Source of the DNA: Eledone cirrhosa
Taxonomy: Eukaryota
Direction of reading: 5' to 3'
NCBI GenBank assembly: GCA_964016885.1
Contig: OZ024742.1
Coordinates: 259,842,001 to 259,906,000 of the forward strand
Length of the DNA stretch: 64,000 bases
The notes under the pieces were generated by a model. The model was given only the letters and a program-made list of their open reading frames with translations. It made no database searches and was not told where the DNA came from. The position numbers were made by a program, and so were the translations under genes. Below, piece after piece: positions 27,833 through 43,140 of this stretch. Numbering within the stretch: position 1 is the first letter of the stretch; each line of letters begins with the position of its first letter.

Positions 27833-28663
27833 GCCTAGAGCAACGTGTCTTACCCAATGATGCAATATACCACCGGGAATCGAACCCACAACCTTAGTTA
27901 CCCTTGTGAACCTCAAACTCTAACAACTAAGCCATCTGTGAAGTACTAGTTGGACATCAACAGATACGGTAGACAGCTGAGAAGCAGAATGTTTGTAGCA
28001 CGCACCTCAGCCCTCTTCTCAAAACAAACACAAGACAGAGTTTCTAGTCAGAAATGGAGACGAATGTATTTCTACATTGAATTCCTGCTTCAGAATGGTG
28101 GCTAATTTTCTTCTTCTCATTAATATACAGGATTTTCTAACAAAATAATTACTTCCAGCTCGAAAATGAAAATAGAAGTAAATTATTCTATTAAACAGTG
28201 GGAAAAGGAAAATGGTGTATCATGCGATTGATAGAAGATGCTGTATGTGTGTGTGTGTATGTGTGTGTGTGTGTGTGTTGGTGTTTGTTGGTGTCTATGT
28301 GTGTGTGTTTGTTTGTATATGTGTGTGAGTGTCTATAGTTTCATCACAGTCACACGATCCTATATAGATATCTATGTTTGTATGAATGAATGTATATGTG
28401 TGTTTGTTTGTGTCTGAGCGTGTGCGTGCGTGTGTGTGTGTGTGTTTGGTGTGTGTGTTTGGTGTGTGTGTGTGTGTGAATGCGTGTGTGTGTGTGAGTG
28501 TGTGTGTATGAGTGTGAGTGTGTGTGTTTGTCTGTGTGTGTATGTGTGTATGAGTGTGTGTGTGTGTGTGTGTTTGGTGTGTGTGTGTATGAGTGTGAGT
28601 GTGTGTGTGTATGAGTGTGTGTGTATGTGTGTGCGTGTTTGAGTGTGTGTGTGTGTGTGTATG

Positions 28664-28695
<32 letters not shown>

Positions 28696-29012
28696 CGTGT
28701 GTGAGTGTGTGACTCATGCCGTCGATAAAAACGTACACTACTGTATTTCACATCGGTTTTATTATTATTGCTTTATTTTGGTCCTGTGCCAAAAGAAGAA
28801 ACGATTATTATTGCTTAAGTAACTAATCCATTCCCAGTTAGTAACTGAATGATTATTTGGCAGTCATGTTTGATTGTCAAATCTCAGTCCGTCAAAAAGA
28901 CAAGATAAGGTAAATATAACAAAATCAAAACGAAGAGAAGACACAGAGGAAAAAAACAAGAAGAATCATTGAGAGGATTACATAATGTGTGACGAAACAT
29001 GGCAATTAATTA

Positions 29013-29639
29013 TCTATATATCTAAAACAGAGAATCTCTGTCTGTCTGTCTGTCTGTCTGACTCCCTAAAGCTCGAGAAACACCCAACCGATTATTTTCA
29101 AACTTTACACATGTAATACTTATGGTCCTGTGAGTGTTTTGAGCAAAAAATATTTCAAATTTTCAATGCCCTGGGGACCGCATTAGGCGATTTAGCGATC
29201 TCTCTCTATAATTCTTAGTCTTTCTTTTTAGATAGATACATAGATATAACGTTGCGCCCTTATAATATCTGTCTGTATGCCTGGCTGTCTGCATTACGAC
29301 ATTATGACGTCGATATCTGTGTGTGTGTATATGTATATATAGTGTGTGTATATAGATAGTGTGTAACGTTTTTCGAAATATTTACTTCTGCGTTCACAGA
29401 TTAATTATTTAGTTTCAGAAGATCCCGTTACGGATGAAAACAGCGATTCTTTGCTTAAACTTTAATCTATTATTTTAATATATATATATAATTATATATT
29501 CGTATACAGATATTTTTGCATACACAATAACAAAATATAAACAAACGTATTTATTTCACGAGGTTCGATAAGGATAAATATATATCAAATATATAAGAAC
29601 CCTAGAGCAAATCCCGAGCAACGCCGGGCATTCTGCTAG
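29013..29639 (+). mobile_element. Non-autonomous Helitron
   Basis: 5' TCTATATATCTAAAA followed by (CTGT)n; 3' hairpin cccgagcaacgccggg then CTAG; inserted between A and T with no TSD. Confidence 0.85.
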
Positions 29640-29858
29640 TCACAACTAAATAACCGTCCAAAAATTAAACTAAACCGAGGTACGAATTGGTCTTTTTTCA
29701 TTTATATATATAAGTTTGTTTTGAAACAGCGAGCGACGTTTAAAATTTAAAAGAAATAGAAGCTTTCGCCGTATTTTTGACTAAAGAAATTTTTTAGCCT
29801 GATAGTGGGATTTAAAACTCATCCTTTTTGTAGAGGATTCTAAACCCCACTATAAGGC

Positions 29859-29938
<80 letters not shown>

Positions 29939-30099
29939 GTGTGTGTGTGTGCGCGCGTGTGTGTGTGCGCGCGTGTGTGTGTGTGTATCCCGGGTTCAAT
30001 CTGGGGTAACCACAGTAAGTAAGGTATTCAATACATAGCGGTGTATAGATATTTAATATAGAAATGGCTTCTAGTCCTGTAGAAGCCATTCCTATATTA

Positions 30100-30220
<121 letters not shown>

Positions 30221-30591
30221 CACCTATTAACTATAAACGACTCAAAATAATTCCATGGTTAATAGCTGTGAGTTACAACCAACATATACACATACATACG
30301 AACTACAACACAAAAACACTTGAATGAAAATCACCTATCCAATTCTATCACGTGCTTTGCATTACACCTCACATAACATATACCTACATTATCACATGTC
30401 TCTCTAACAAATTGCACGCTATCTTAAACATTTCTAACACTTATAACATCCCACACGAAATATGTTTATTTCAACTGCATTATAACTCTTTCCTCATACA
30501 TGCCTTATTGATACAGTAAGTAAAGTACTCAATACATAGCGGAGTATAGATATTTGATATAGAAATGGCTTCTAGTCTTGTAGAAGCCATT

Positions 30592-30649
<58 letters not shown>

Positions 30650-30677
30650 ATCAAAACATGGTTAAAAGAGTTCCAAG

Positions 30678-30748
30678 TATTTTATTATGCGCATTTCAAA
30701 AACAAATATCATCATGGGATGATATCTGCGTTCTCATCAGATAAAATA
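30678..30748 (-). ncRNA. Type I hammerhead motif, intact (family D, left arm of palindrome 30645-30970)
   Basis: tattttat-CTGATGA-gaacgcagatatcatc/ccat/gatgatatttgttttt-GAAA-tgcgca-TA-ataaaata: perfect 8-bp stem I, palindromic stem III. Confidence 0.85.
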
Positions 30749-30864
30749 GGGAGACATGATATGAAGCTTAAAAAACACTTGTGAATAGTGAAGTTTTAAA
30801 TCAACATATCATGTTAAAACTTCACTATTCACTAGTGTTTTTTAATCTTCATATCATGTCTCCC

Positions 30865-30935
30865 TATTTTATCTTATGAGAACGCAGATATCATCCCATG
30901 ATGATATTTGTTTTTGAAATGTGCATAATAAAATA
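30865..30935 (+). ncRNA. Hammerhead motif with mutated core (CTTATGA), right arm
   Basis: Inverted copy of 30678-30748 with a G5-to-U change and tgtgca in stem III. Confidence 0.7.
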
Positions 30936-31837
30936 CTTAGAACTCTTTTAACCATCTTTTGATCTTATATTATTTATACTCCAGTCCTACAAACTGTAGA
31001 GTGTTACTTATCCGATATTTGCATTGCTTTATTGTGCTACAATAAAACTCACCTCCTACATTATATATATATATATATATAGCCTGATAGTAGGGTTTAA
31101 AACTCATCCTAACGGTTTACCAACAACTTAATAACGGTTAATACAAACCCTAGAAAAGATAATTTCTAGATAAAAATGCATAAGATAATATACCTACAAT
31201 AACAACATGGCTTGTAATTCGGTGTAATTTACATTTAACAAACCTATTAACTATAAACGACTCAAAATAATTCCATGGTTAATAGCTGTGAGTTACAACC
31301 AACATATACACAGACATACGAACACAAAAACACTTGAATGAAAATCACCTATCCAATTCTATCACGTGCTTTGCATTACACCTCACATAACATATACCTA
31401 CATTATCACCACATGCCTCTCTAACAAATTGCACACTATCTTAAACATTTATAACACTTATAATATGCTTTAACATCCCACACGAAATATGTTTATTTCA
31501 ACTGCAATATAACTCTTTCCTCGTACATGCCTTATTGATTTTATTGACTCCTGTATTGTACACCCATAACATTAACTGTTCTCCAATGTTAAGATATCTT
31601 ATATCTTATATATTATGTCTATCCTATCCCACATTTTTCCTTGCTTATAACTTTTTTGCCTGTACTTTTTGCTTATACCTCTTACACTTTCAACCAGCGC
31701 TGCCTGTAATTGTGTTCTCTCAAGCATAACATCTTAACTCCTGACTCTCCACATGATGTCTATGACACTAACAACAATTATGTACTCTAAATATTCTGAA
31801 TGACTAGGATTTTAGTCACATGTTTCGACATTCCCTA

Positions 31838-31883
31838 TGCTCCGATGAATTCAGACTTCCCTCTGAAGAAACAATTGTCAGCA
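31838..31883 (+). ncRNA. Hammerhead motif with a U4-to-C change
   Basis: tgct-CCGATGA-a-ttcaga/cttccc/tctgaa-GAAA-caattg-TC-agca, followed by aataaa. Confidence 0.75.
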
Positions 31884-32057
31884 AATAAATGTTCTAAACT
31901 AAAATTTGATCGTTTTAACACTTTGTATCTCGACTCTGTAAAATACTTGAAAATTTGCATTGAACCTTTTGTCATACCGGTAACCGGCTAGTACTTAGTA
32001 CTACCCTCCATATTTATAATTGTATTAAACATATATAAATATAAATATTCTTATTAC

Positions 32058-32093
<36 letters not shown>

Positions 32094-32477
32094 ATATGTG
32101 ATTATAGTGTGGTACTTCACTATTTTCTTTGGTAAGATGAGAGAAGCTCAATGCACATTACAGTCCTCTGTTTCTCAGGAGTACAAAGTGGACAATTCAT
32201 TTATCGAGTGTTAAAATATCCTGTTAAGGGCGGTTCGTTGTATGTTTTTTATATTGCCTTAATTAATCTTAAAATATTGTGATGTTAAACCTCTTTTAAA
32301 TTTCATTTGTTCTATATAAGTTTTCCTAAAGATATACGGTTAGGATGTAACATCTATGATGTAGATAATTGTTAACTGATAATCTCCAGTGTTTCTGTAA
32401 ATGAATGTGATATTAAAGCCGTATTGAAACGTGCGTAAAAATGAAAGAATAAATGATAATTTCTTATCCTTGACTTT

Positions 32478-32665
32478 TTAATAATTGTTTCTACTTTAGG
32501 CACAAGACCCGCAATTACCCAGTTCATTACTGGTACTTTATTTTATCGACCCCGTAAGGATGAAAGGCAAAGTCAACCTCGGCGGGATTTGAACTCAGAT
32601 CGTAAAGGGACGTAACTATGCTGGAAAGCATGGCGTCCGACCCTCTACCGATACTGCCAATCCAC
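32478..32665 (-). mobile_element. SINE family 1
   Basis: Reverse complement of 5283-5478. Confidence 0.85.
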
Positions 32666-32670
32666 ATTCG

Positions 32671-32776
<106 letters not shown>

Positions 32777-32977
32777 GATATTAGTTTAACAATGATAATA
32801 ATAACAAAGGCAAATTATTTAACAAAATTCTTTCATTGTTTAACGATCGTCTCGGAGGGTTGATCATATTGATATATTGACTCATCTATAGCAGTTATAG
32901 AATTGTATAATCTCACCATAATATATGGGTTCGATCATACCGTCTTCTTCGGAAACAGTGAAGTTAGAATCTGTAGA

Positions 32978-33050
<73 letters not shown>

Positions 33051-33348
33051 TGCAAAATAAGGATGGGATATAGTAAGTATTCCAGTTTATTTAATAATAA
33101 GATATCACATATTTATGACAGTAAATTATTACATTCAATTGGGGGGGGGGCATACAGATGAGATATATATGATATGATACAGGATATGATATGATATATG
33201 ATGTGATATAAGATGTGATATGATATATGATGTGATATAGGATGTGATATGATATATGATGTGATATAGGATGTGATATGATATGTATGCTACACAAAGA
33301 CAAGATGGTGTTGGACAGAACAAAGGAGAGACACAAAATAGCCAAATA

Positions 33349-33391
33349 GTCACTGAGGATGTCACAGAATGTGTGACGAAAGAACCTTGAC
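33349..33391 (+). ncRNA. Family C hammerhead motif with altered cleavage site
   Basis: gtca-CTGAGGA-t-gtcaca/gaatg/tgtgac-GAAA-gaac-CT-tgac; the copy at 51347 has TA at the cleavage site. Confidence 0.7.
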
Positions 33392-33543
33392 AATAAACTG
33401 ATAAACAACCATCCGGCTGTTAAACTAACCGACTGGAAGTTTATCATAAATTGAAGTGAAAACCAATATGCGCGTGATTTTATTGGCATCATGACCCTCC
33501 TAAAGAATAACAATACATATGTGTGTGTGCGTGTGTGTGTGTG

Positions 33544-33579
<36 letters not shown>

Positions 33580-33600
33580 CTACATCTTTATATATATACA

Positions 33601-33631
<31 letters not shown>

Positions 33632-33881
33632 TATTGCATGTTTAGTGGTTAGAGCGACGGATTCACAATTCTGAGGTTGTGTGTTCGATTCCCGGACCGA
33701 GCGATGCGTTGAGGGCAAGGCACTTTCATGTTGCTCCAGTTCACTCACCTGTGGAAATGAGTTGTGACATGAATGATGCCAATCTGTATCTGGTCTTTGC
33801 ATTTCTCTTCAACAACATCGGTGGTGTGGAGAGGGGGGATTGGCGTGCAAGGTAGATTGCAAAGGTGGCCTTTACCCTTTT

Positions 33882-33935
<54 letters not shown>

Positions 33936-34136
33936 AATATATATATATGTATGTCTGCGTGAGTATATGGAGATACTTAGATAGATATGTTGGAGAGTTA
34001 GTTAGATAGATATAACGCTTTCAGTTTCTTTCTCTCAACCATCACCGTCGCCATCACTATCACACATAACCTAAGCAATCTAAGTTGTCTTACTGGTGCA
34101 GCTCTTTCTAAACTCTTAATTTTCTTTCAGCTCGTA

Positions 34137-34170
<34 letters not shown>

Positions 34171-35159
34171 TTCTCTCTCTCTCTTTCTCTCTCTCTCTTT
34201 CTCTCTCCCTCCTTCTCTTTTTCTTTCTCCTTCTCTCTCTTCTTCTTTCCCTCTCTCTCACTTCCCTCCAGCAATAAAGACATACTCAAACAACCTAGAA
34301 GTGATCTCCATTGATTAACTGTCATTTAGTGTCACCCTCACTTACCTCCCCCTCATCTCTTTCAAGCCGCGTGTCTTTCAAAGATGGCGCTGTATTGCTA
34401 GATACCAACCGACTTTGGGATTTTTTTGTCTTGTTTTGGATTAATACGTTGGGTTTGTGTATCTTTTCAAGAAATTTCCAACGCAAGTCTCGATTTAGCC
34501 ATTGGTGATTTTTCCATTTAATAAAGGGCATTCATGTCAATAAAGCTGGCTATATAGGTTCTGAGCGATTCCATGAGAATCTACATGCCTCTGTTACGTA
34601 CATGTGTGAGTTTATGTATGTATCTGTATGTGCGGTTCGTGTATCTACGATTGTATGTGCATGTGTGTGTGTGTCTGTGTGTCTGTGTGTTTGTATGTAC
34701 TGGTGGTTTATCTACGATCGTATGTGCATGTGTGTCTATCTGTGTGTCTGTGTGTTTGTATGTGCGGTTCGTGTATCTACGATTGTATGTGTGTGTCTGT
34801 GTGTCTGTATGTTTGTATGTGCTGGTGGTGTATCTACGACTGTATGTGTGAGTGTGTGTGTGTGTGTATGTGTGTGTGTCTACGATTGCATGTGTGAATA
34901 TGTATGTTTTTGTTTTTGTGTGACTGCGAGTGTAAGTGCGTATGTGCGTATGTGTGTATGTGTGTTTTGTGTGTCTGTGTGTAGTTGACTATATAGCGTG
35001 TCAGTGATATCATGTAAATTTACATGACTGTGTTAAGTGTGTGAGTGCTTAAATGTGTATAGTGCTGACACGTTCGATACGGGTTTCTGTCTATCTCTGT
35101 GGTTGTAATTCTTTCAATGTAGAAATGTGAGTTTGTTTTTACAAAGAGAATCGTTTGTG

Positions 35160-35216
<57 letters not shown>

Positions 35217-35239
35217 ACGCGTATGTATTTCAGTTCTTG

Positions 35240-36530
35240 CAATGACCGGTTTAGCAGACTAAAAGTATTATGGGTAATGTGCTTGTTGTACGCTGAGAGT
35301 TCTGATGACCATATTCTCTTACTCTTCAAAAGTATTCAATCTTGGCCCTCTCCTTATTTATGGGTCCATCATATCTGACATTCTTATCTTGTCCAAGATA
35401 CTTATAGTTGTCAGCTGACTGTGGACGTTGCATCACCAAGCCGTTCATCTTTGAGTCTTCAGAGAAGAGTACAACCTTTTCATGTTTTATTGTGGAAAAT
35501 GTACATTTGAACTCACCAAATTTAATTCCAATGCCTGACCAAAATTAGGTAATGAGGTCCAATTATTTTTTTAAGCGGTTGATATTTGGCTCATATAATT
35601 TGAGGTCACTAACAAAGAAAATGTTGGAAATACTTCTGATTCGATTTCTAAGGCCAGTATGTTTTGTGACCAGGTATGATAGTGGGTTTAATGAGAGATC
35701 GAAGAACAGCACTAACAAGCTATCACCCTGAAAGATGCAGTTTGGGGTAGTAGATGATATCAGACTGAATTTGCTCCTTATCGCCTCTAAGATGCAAAGT
35801 GGTACCATGTCTTGGTCAGGCGTTTGATATTAGTTAATAGTGGTTTTGGGACTTTGACTAACTGAAAAGCTTTAATAATCCACCCATGAGATATACTATC
35901 AAAAGCCTTCTGGTAGTCCAGTCACACTAGAGTCAAGTTCCAATGATTCTTTATTGTTTTTTTCCATGATCATTTTGTTAATTAGTAGCTGCTCTATACA
36001 GCCTCAGAGCTTTCTTCCAACTTGCTCAGGTGTTTTAATGTTGATATTGGTGGCACAATGATGCTACAAGAACATATTGAGGCATCCAGTGTATAATTTG
36101 TACATGATGTTCTGGCATTCTATTGGCCGGTAAATTTTAGCAAGGGTGACTTGGCTATTTTCGGGATGAGGAGAGTAGTAGCAGTTGATAGCCATTTGGC
36201 CCATGACACTTTCTCAATGTTGTGTGCCCATGACACTTTCTCCATACAACTGAATGGGATCTCGCCGAAAGGTCATATTCTTCAACCACCAACATGTTAT
36301 GAGACAGGATTTCCTGTTTGAAATTTTCTGTAAAGTTGTTTCTAATGTTGTGCCGGCTATTTCATATTGCTTTTGCTGGATATGCTGACAGTAATCCTGC
36401 TCCAGTCCTTTTAGCAATACAGCTTGTTTGTTGAATTAATCATTTCTTTCCCACACAGATCTCCAGTAACTCTCAACTTGATCTTTTGTCGGGGTGGTTT
36501 AACAGAGATTGAGCCTTTCACATTGAAACT
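35240..36530 (-). mobile_element. Degraded R4-like LINE reverse transcriptase region
   Basis: Minus-strand fragments IFQGDSL..LFF.LSLNPLSYL, ISNIFFVSDLKLY (YxDD region), LDYQKAFDSISHGW, KRIWSSELSAYNKHITHNTF; many stops and frameshifts. Confidence 0.85.
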
Positions 36531-37169
36531 ACAATAGGCAAACTTTGGATTTCTGGTATATAATATATTCAGCATTTGCCGTTTATACACTGTATATTTA
36601 TATTTTAGTTTTTCCGCTGGTGGAGTTTGTTGGGGAATGTTGTTTGTTTATTCTTTCTTTGTTTTGTTTTGTTTTTGTTTGTTTTGGGGTTTTTTTTTTT
36701 CTTTTAGTGATCCTGATATTGCGTGAAATTGTTTTCTGTGTTACATTTCATAACTACAACGATCTGTGAAATATTTCTTCGCAGGAACAAAATTTTATTT
36801 TTTAGTTACGTGCCCATGCTGGTTCAGGCTTTCTGCTTCTCTCTAGATTGCGTGACTTCAGCTCATTGTGATACGCTGGCAATGAGATAGCTGAGACAAA
36901 CGGTTAATGGTTTCGTACGTTATTTTCAGACTTCTGAACTGTGTGGCATTCAGATAATTGTATGCTATTTCGTTTACTGTCTCCAATTCTAATTTACTGG
37001 GTTCTCTACTTATACTAGTCTTGTATGGTTTGTCATTCAAATTAAAGTTGTGAATGTATATATGTATGTATGTGTGTATGTATGGATGGATGTGAAACAT
37101 GCATGATGTGAAACATTAAGTAGTAACATTTTGATATATACATGTATATGTGTGCGTGTGTGTGTGTAT

Positions 37170-37330
37170 GAGGGGGTGTAGCTTTGACGGATGAGCGTTG
37201 GATCCACAATCATCAGATTGTGAGTTCGATTCCAGGACTTGGCGAGACGTTGTGTCCTTGAGCAAGACATTTTATTGCACGTTGCTCCAGTACACTCAGC
37301 TGTAGAAATGAGTTGCGACATTACTAGTGT
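37170..37330 (+). mobile_element. CORE-type SINE (similar degraded copies near 16960, 17480, 19665, 33635, 44040, 48433, 54385)
   Basis: B box gagttcgattcc, then gttgtgtccttgagcaagaca...gttgctccagt.cactcagctg. Confidence 0.8.
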
Positions 37331-37509
37331 TTCGACCGATATATATATTGAAAGATTATTACTCCAAGATTAACCAGCATAGGAATTCACCTAACTAAGG
37401 AAACCTCTTGTTGAGTCAAACAACGCCGTACGTTAAAACTGTCCACAATACAGAGTACTCACAACCTCTAACTGGATTACCTATAACGATAATTTGTTAT
37501 CCCACATAA

Positions 37510-37635
<126 letters not shown>

Positions 37636-38049
37636 TCGGCCCGTTGGCTGGAACACGGGATAGTGTAATATATTAATAATGATATGCAATGGCTAGATAT
37701 CTGGAGACAGACCTTTGAAATAACAACATCGAAAGTAGGGCAGTCTCCATATCAATACGTTGCAGTGACTTAGAAATTGATTCCATGGCTAAATGGTTGT
37801 CTGATGATGTCGTATAAAGAATTAAGTCATAGCATCATGATGTAATGATGGCACTACAGAAATGCATATTATGGCTGATTTCGTAATAAAGGGAGTTATG
37901 GAAATCTAACTTTCGTATTTTATTATTCCTACATGTAAACTCTATCCTGTACTGCTCATAGGACGTTGAGTGGTTTCTCCTTATTACACCATGATTCCTG
38001 ATTAGAGTGACACGATCACAGCCCCAATTTGTAAACAATCTATAACACA

Positions 38050-38760
38050 AGTATAGATCTATATAGGTCTTAAAAATAGGGTTTTACCATCTTTATGTAA
38101 GTTCATTGCTTGCCTTACCCCTTTTTTATCTTTTATATCTATATGTCTACACATGTTTGTCTAAGTAATATTAACTGATATGTACGCTCTGAATGGTTCT
38201 TTTCACAATTGTTTTTTCATCGCGCGTTTACCACACAATATAATCGATATTATTGTGTATTGATCAAAATTATTCTTGTATCTCTGCTCCTGATATTTAT
38301 CATTTTATGTGAGCTAACTCATGAGTCAAACAAGGAGCTATTTCTAGCATTCCTGTTGACCTGTCTGTACCCTTGCGCTTATCCTTTATTATACATGTCC
38401 TTTGCAGTTTGTGATTTCCCTGTGTGGCTGACGGCTGGAGTTATGTGTAAATAATAAGATGCTGCCTACTGAAAATGAACCTAACATGATGCCTTTTATC
38501 TAATAATGGTAATCTCCGTTATTTCTTGTCAGCTCGAGACAGATCTGTATAGGCTTTAAGAATCGGTTTTTACCATCTTCATGAAAGTTCATTGCTTGAC
38601 TTCCCGCTTTTCTACATGTCTACACATAGTCTTGAATAGTCTAGATAGTATTAACTGATGTATACGATCTGGCCGGTTCTTTTCGCAAATGTTTTGTCAT
38701 CGAGCGATCACCACACCATATGATCTATATTATTGCGTATCGATCAAAATTAGCCTTGTG
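38050..38760 (+). mobile_element. About 486-bp monomer plus partial direct repeat with a degenerate hammerhead at 38464-38554
   Basis: 38055-38280 is repeated at 38541-38760; gccta-CTGAAAA...cagctc-GAGA-cagatctg-TA-taggc. Confidence 0.65.
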
Positions 38761-38780
38761 TATATATATCTATCTATCTG

Positions 38781-38946
<166 letters not shown>

Positions 38947-39994
38947 CGTGCGTGTGTGCGTGCGTGTGCGAATTGGCAGATAGAGCATCCGACTAGGTGT
39001 TTAGCAGGATTTGCTGCGACTGGCTGCAATCTTATCAGAATCCCAACCATCCAGAAATATTTAGTATATTACATTATGTGAAAAGAATAGCTCTTTAAAT
39101 TACAGGTTCAGGTGATCCAACGGGTTTCCACACAATTTCACACACACGACATGGGTCAATCCAAGACTATGCTAAGTGACACTTGCCCAAGAAGCCACGC
39201 AGTGAAATCGAACGCGGGAATTAATTATTGCTGTGTTCACCACCATCATACACTATTTTTTAGAAAGCAGAAATTCTTCATGATTATGAATGGAATATTT
39301 TATTTGAACGTGATAGAAATTATTTATCGTGAAATCGTGAAGAAGAAAATCTATTGGGATATGAAAATGAAATGAAAATAAATTTAAAGCTCACACCTAG
39401 GCAGGTTTAGTTGGCTTCGTATGAGCTTGTATCTCATAGGAACTTTCTCTGGTGATTTTATGATAAGGACTCCAGTTGTTTAGTTGGTTTCCTACGAGGT
39501 TGTATCACATGAGAGGTTTCTAGGGTATTTTAATAACAGGGGCCCCAGTGCTACCATAAAATGTAGCCTGAAATAAAACATTCTTGTTCATGACAATACG
39601 CCGTCCCGTTCAATAATCGAAAGCGTATGTCCAACTCCATGACCATTAGGCTACATGCCTTCATAAATTTGGTTGGAAATTTTACTTGAACATGATAGAA
39701 TTCTTGTTGTCATGGAATCGTGATAAAAATCCATTGGGATATACAAACACTTAATCAATTTTACTTGATACTAACATGTGACTTTTGATATTTTTCTTTG
39801 TGCTGTTTTCGTTTGCTTTCTTTCTTGTTGTTTTTTATGCTTCCTTCAATGAAATCTTGACAGACTTTCCATGAAAACAGAAACATATAATTAAAGTTCT
39901 GAAAACAGAAAACAAAACGACTACCACAATCATAATAACACGCAAGATAACTAATGAAACATTTTAATTTACTAAAGCCAATTTCTCTCTCTCA

Positions 39995-40037
<43 letters not shown>

Positions 40038-40072
40038 GTGTATGTGTCATATGTGTATGTGCGTGTATATAA

Positions 40073-40158
<86 letters not shown>

Positions 40159-40335
40159 CCATCCCCAGCGGTTCGATAAAACAGATTGGTAAAATACATA
40201 CCAGTCTTTAAAAAATACGAACAGATGTCGATGTGATTGACTAATTCAAAATTGTGCACCAGCATGGCCGCAGTCTAATGAGTGAAACCAAACGCAGAAA
40301 CAAATAAAAGGAATATATATATATATATATATATT

Positions 40336-40456
40336 TAGTCTAGAAATAGCCGTCGAAACGGCTTGAGCTCTGCCGTCGGGGTCATACTTTTTCCTATTAC
40401 CCACTCTACTACCCTAAGTATTGAGTACTCTGGTGCGTTAGGGTCCATCTGGTTCC
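40336..40456 (+). mobile_element. Family A element, single copy in (TA)n
   Basis: Near-identical to 9525-9666. Confidence 0.9.
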
Positions 40457-40482
40457 TTACCACAATTCCTTCGTTATATATA

Positions 40483-40722
<240 letters not shown>

Positions 40723-40723
40723 G

Positions 40724-41040
<317 letters not shown>

Positions 41041-41832
41041 TAAGTGCGCACGAGACAAAAGAAAAGCGAAGCACTACAAATGGTGCAGAGATTCTAAGAT
41101 AAAAATGATCACATTATCATCATCATCATCATCGTCGTCGTCATCGTCACCATCTCCGGTGGCTTCTTGTGGCTTTGAAGAACATCATTTGTGAAGATAT
41201 ATAACAGTAACAACAACAACAACAGCAGCAGCAACATCAACAAGAATATCAACAACAACAACAACAGTAAGCACATCAATAACATCAACAACAAACAGTA
41301 ACAGAAACAACATCAACAACAACAACATCAACAGCAACAACGTGAGCATGAATAACGACAACAACAACAACTATAACAACAGCAACATCAGCAGTAACAA
41401 TGAGAACAACAACAACAACAACAACAACAGCAGCAACATCAGTAACAACAATAATAGCAGCTACAAAAACTACAGCAACATTATGTAGACAGCTTAAATG
41501 AGAGGAGGGAAGTATGACGGCAGATCCATTAGTGTTGAAATGTTAGGAAGTCTTGCGAGTGTGGATGGTTTTATTGAGCGACACCTTGTACTGAGAGGCG
41601 GCTCGGTGGAGTGGGGAGGGTTAGATGACAGACGGGAGAGGAGAGAATGGAGGAGAGAAGGGGGCGAGGGGAGGGGGGGGGGAGAAAAGGGGAGGAGAAG
41701 GAGAGGAGAGCAGGTAAAAAGAGAGGGCAGTAAAGCGGGAGAGCGGGGAGGTGAAACGGATTGAAAAGAGAGTACGAGCAAGGAGGTTAGAAGATGGATG
41801 AGAGGAGGATGGGAGGGAAAAGACTGGGGAGA

Positions 41833-41899
41833 GAAGAAGAAGAAGAAGAAGAAGAAGAAGAAGAAGAAGAAGAAGAAGAAGAAGAAGAAGAAGAAGAAG

Positions 41900-41928
<29 letters not shown>
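41833..41928. repeat. (GAA)n microsatellite
   Basis: Directly visible. Confidence 0.98.
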
Positions 41929-41930
<2 letters not shown>

Positions 41931-42774
41931 GACAAATCTGGACCTTCGAATTACAGCTGCAGTCCATCCGACTGTCAGTTTCATTTACCCAGTTTTACTC
42001 ACAAGAATTAGGACGTCCCAAGACTATGGTAAATGCCACTTCCTCATGATGTCATGCAGTGGGATCGAAAACTGGACCTTATGATTTCGAAGCGAATTTC
42101 TTAACCATTTGGCTTTGCAGTAAATGCAACTAAATGGCAATCATCTGCATTAAAGAGGTCATGAATAAGACATCGGTAGTGGCAAGAGAAGGTTGCAAAT
42201 TGGAGAGGCGACAAGAAGGCGTCCAGGTGTGACGCTTCATTTTTTACATTGCTTTTCATTGTATAATTGGAACCTCTATCATTAAAGCATCCAAGAAACC
42301 TCCTAAGAGACACAATCTCATATATTTCCAGCTAAACCTACATATGTGCCACATGTAATTGTCACAATTTATCTCCCAGAAATGCAATCAGCAACGAAAG
42401 CATAAGCAAAAATAACCGCAAGAAACAAGCTGTGGTTCCTCTCTTTAAAATCTTAAATTCCCTCTCTCCTACATTTTCAATTGTCATCTAACCATTTTTC
42501 ACCATATCAAAACGAGCACCTTTTTCAAACTTCAATAGTTACATAGTCCAGTAATTCTCAAAGATTCAGATCCCCTCCCTCCCCTTACTATCCTACGCTT
42601 CTTCGATTACACCAACGCCCCACTTTGAATTGCCATCTAGTAATTTTTCCCACGAGCATCATATAAAATAAGAAATTTTTATAATATCGATAAATATGTA
42701 TAACATCGATGAACTGAATTATGATTGAAGCAGTACTTTTATTTTTTGTGAACTGTTAATTCGTGATTGGCCTT

Positions 42775-43140
42775 ATAGTTGAGTATATTGATATTATATT
42801 TGACATATATATACACTATAGTTTGGTATTTTGGTATTACATTTGATATATATACATACAATGTACAGTATAGTTGGCTGTATTGGTATTTCATTTGATA
42901 TATATACAATGTACAGTATACTTGGATATATTGGTATTTCAATTGATATATATACGGAGTGTACACACACTATAGTTGGGTATATTAGTATTTCATTTGA
43001 TGTATACATACAATGTACATTATAGTTGGGTATATATGCAATGACATATATTCATTTGATGAATACATATAATGTACACTATAGTTGGGTTTGTATACAA
43101 TGGTATATATTCATTTGATGAATACATATAATGTACACTA
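42775..43140. repeat. Diverged minisatellite of about 50-60 bp (tatagttgggtatattagtatttcatttgat...aatgtaca)
   Basis: Several imperfect tandem copies are visible. Confidence 0.8.
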
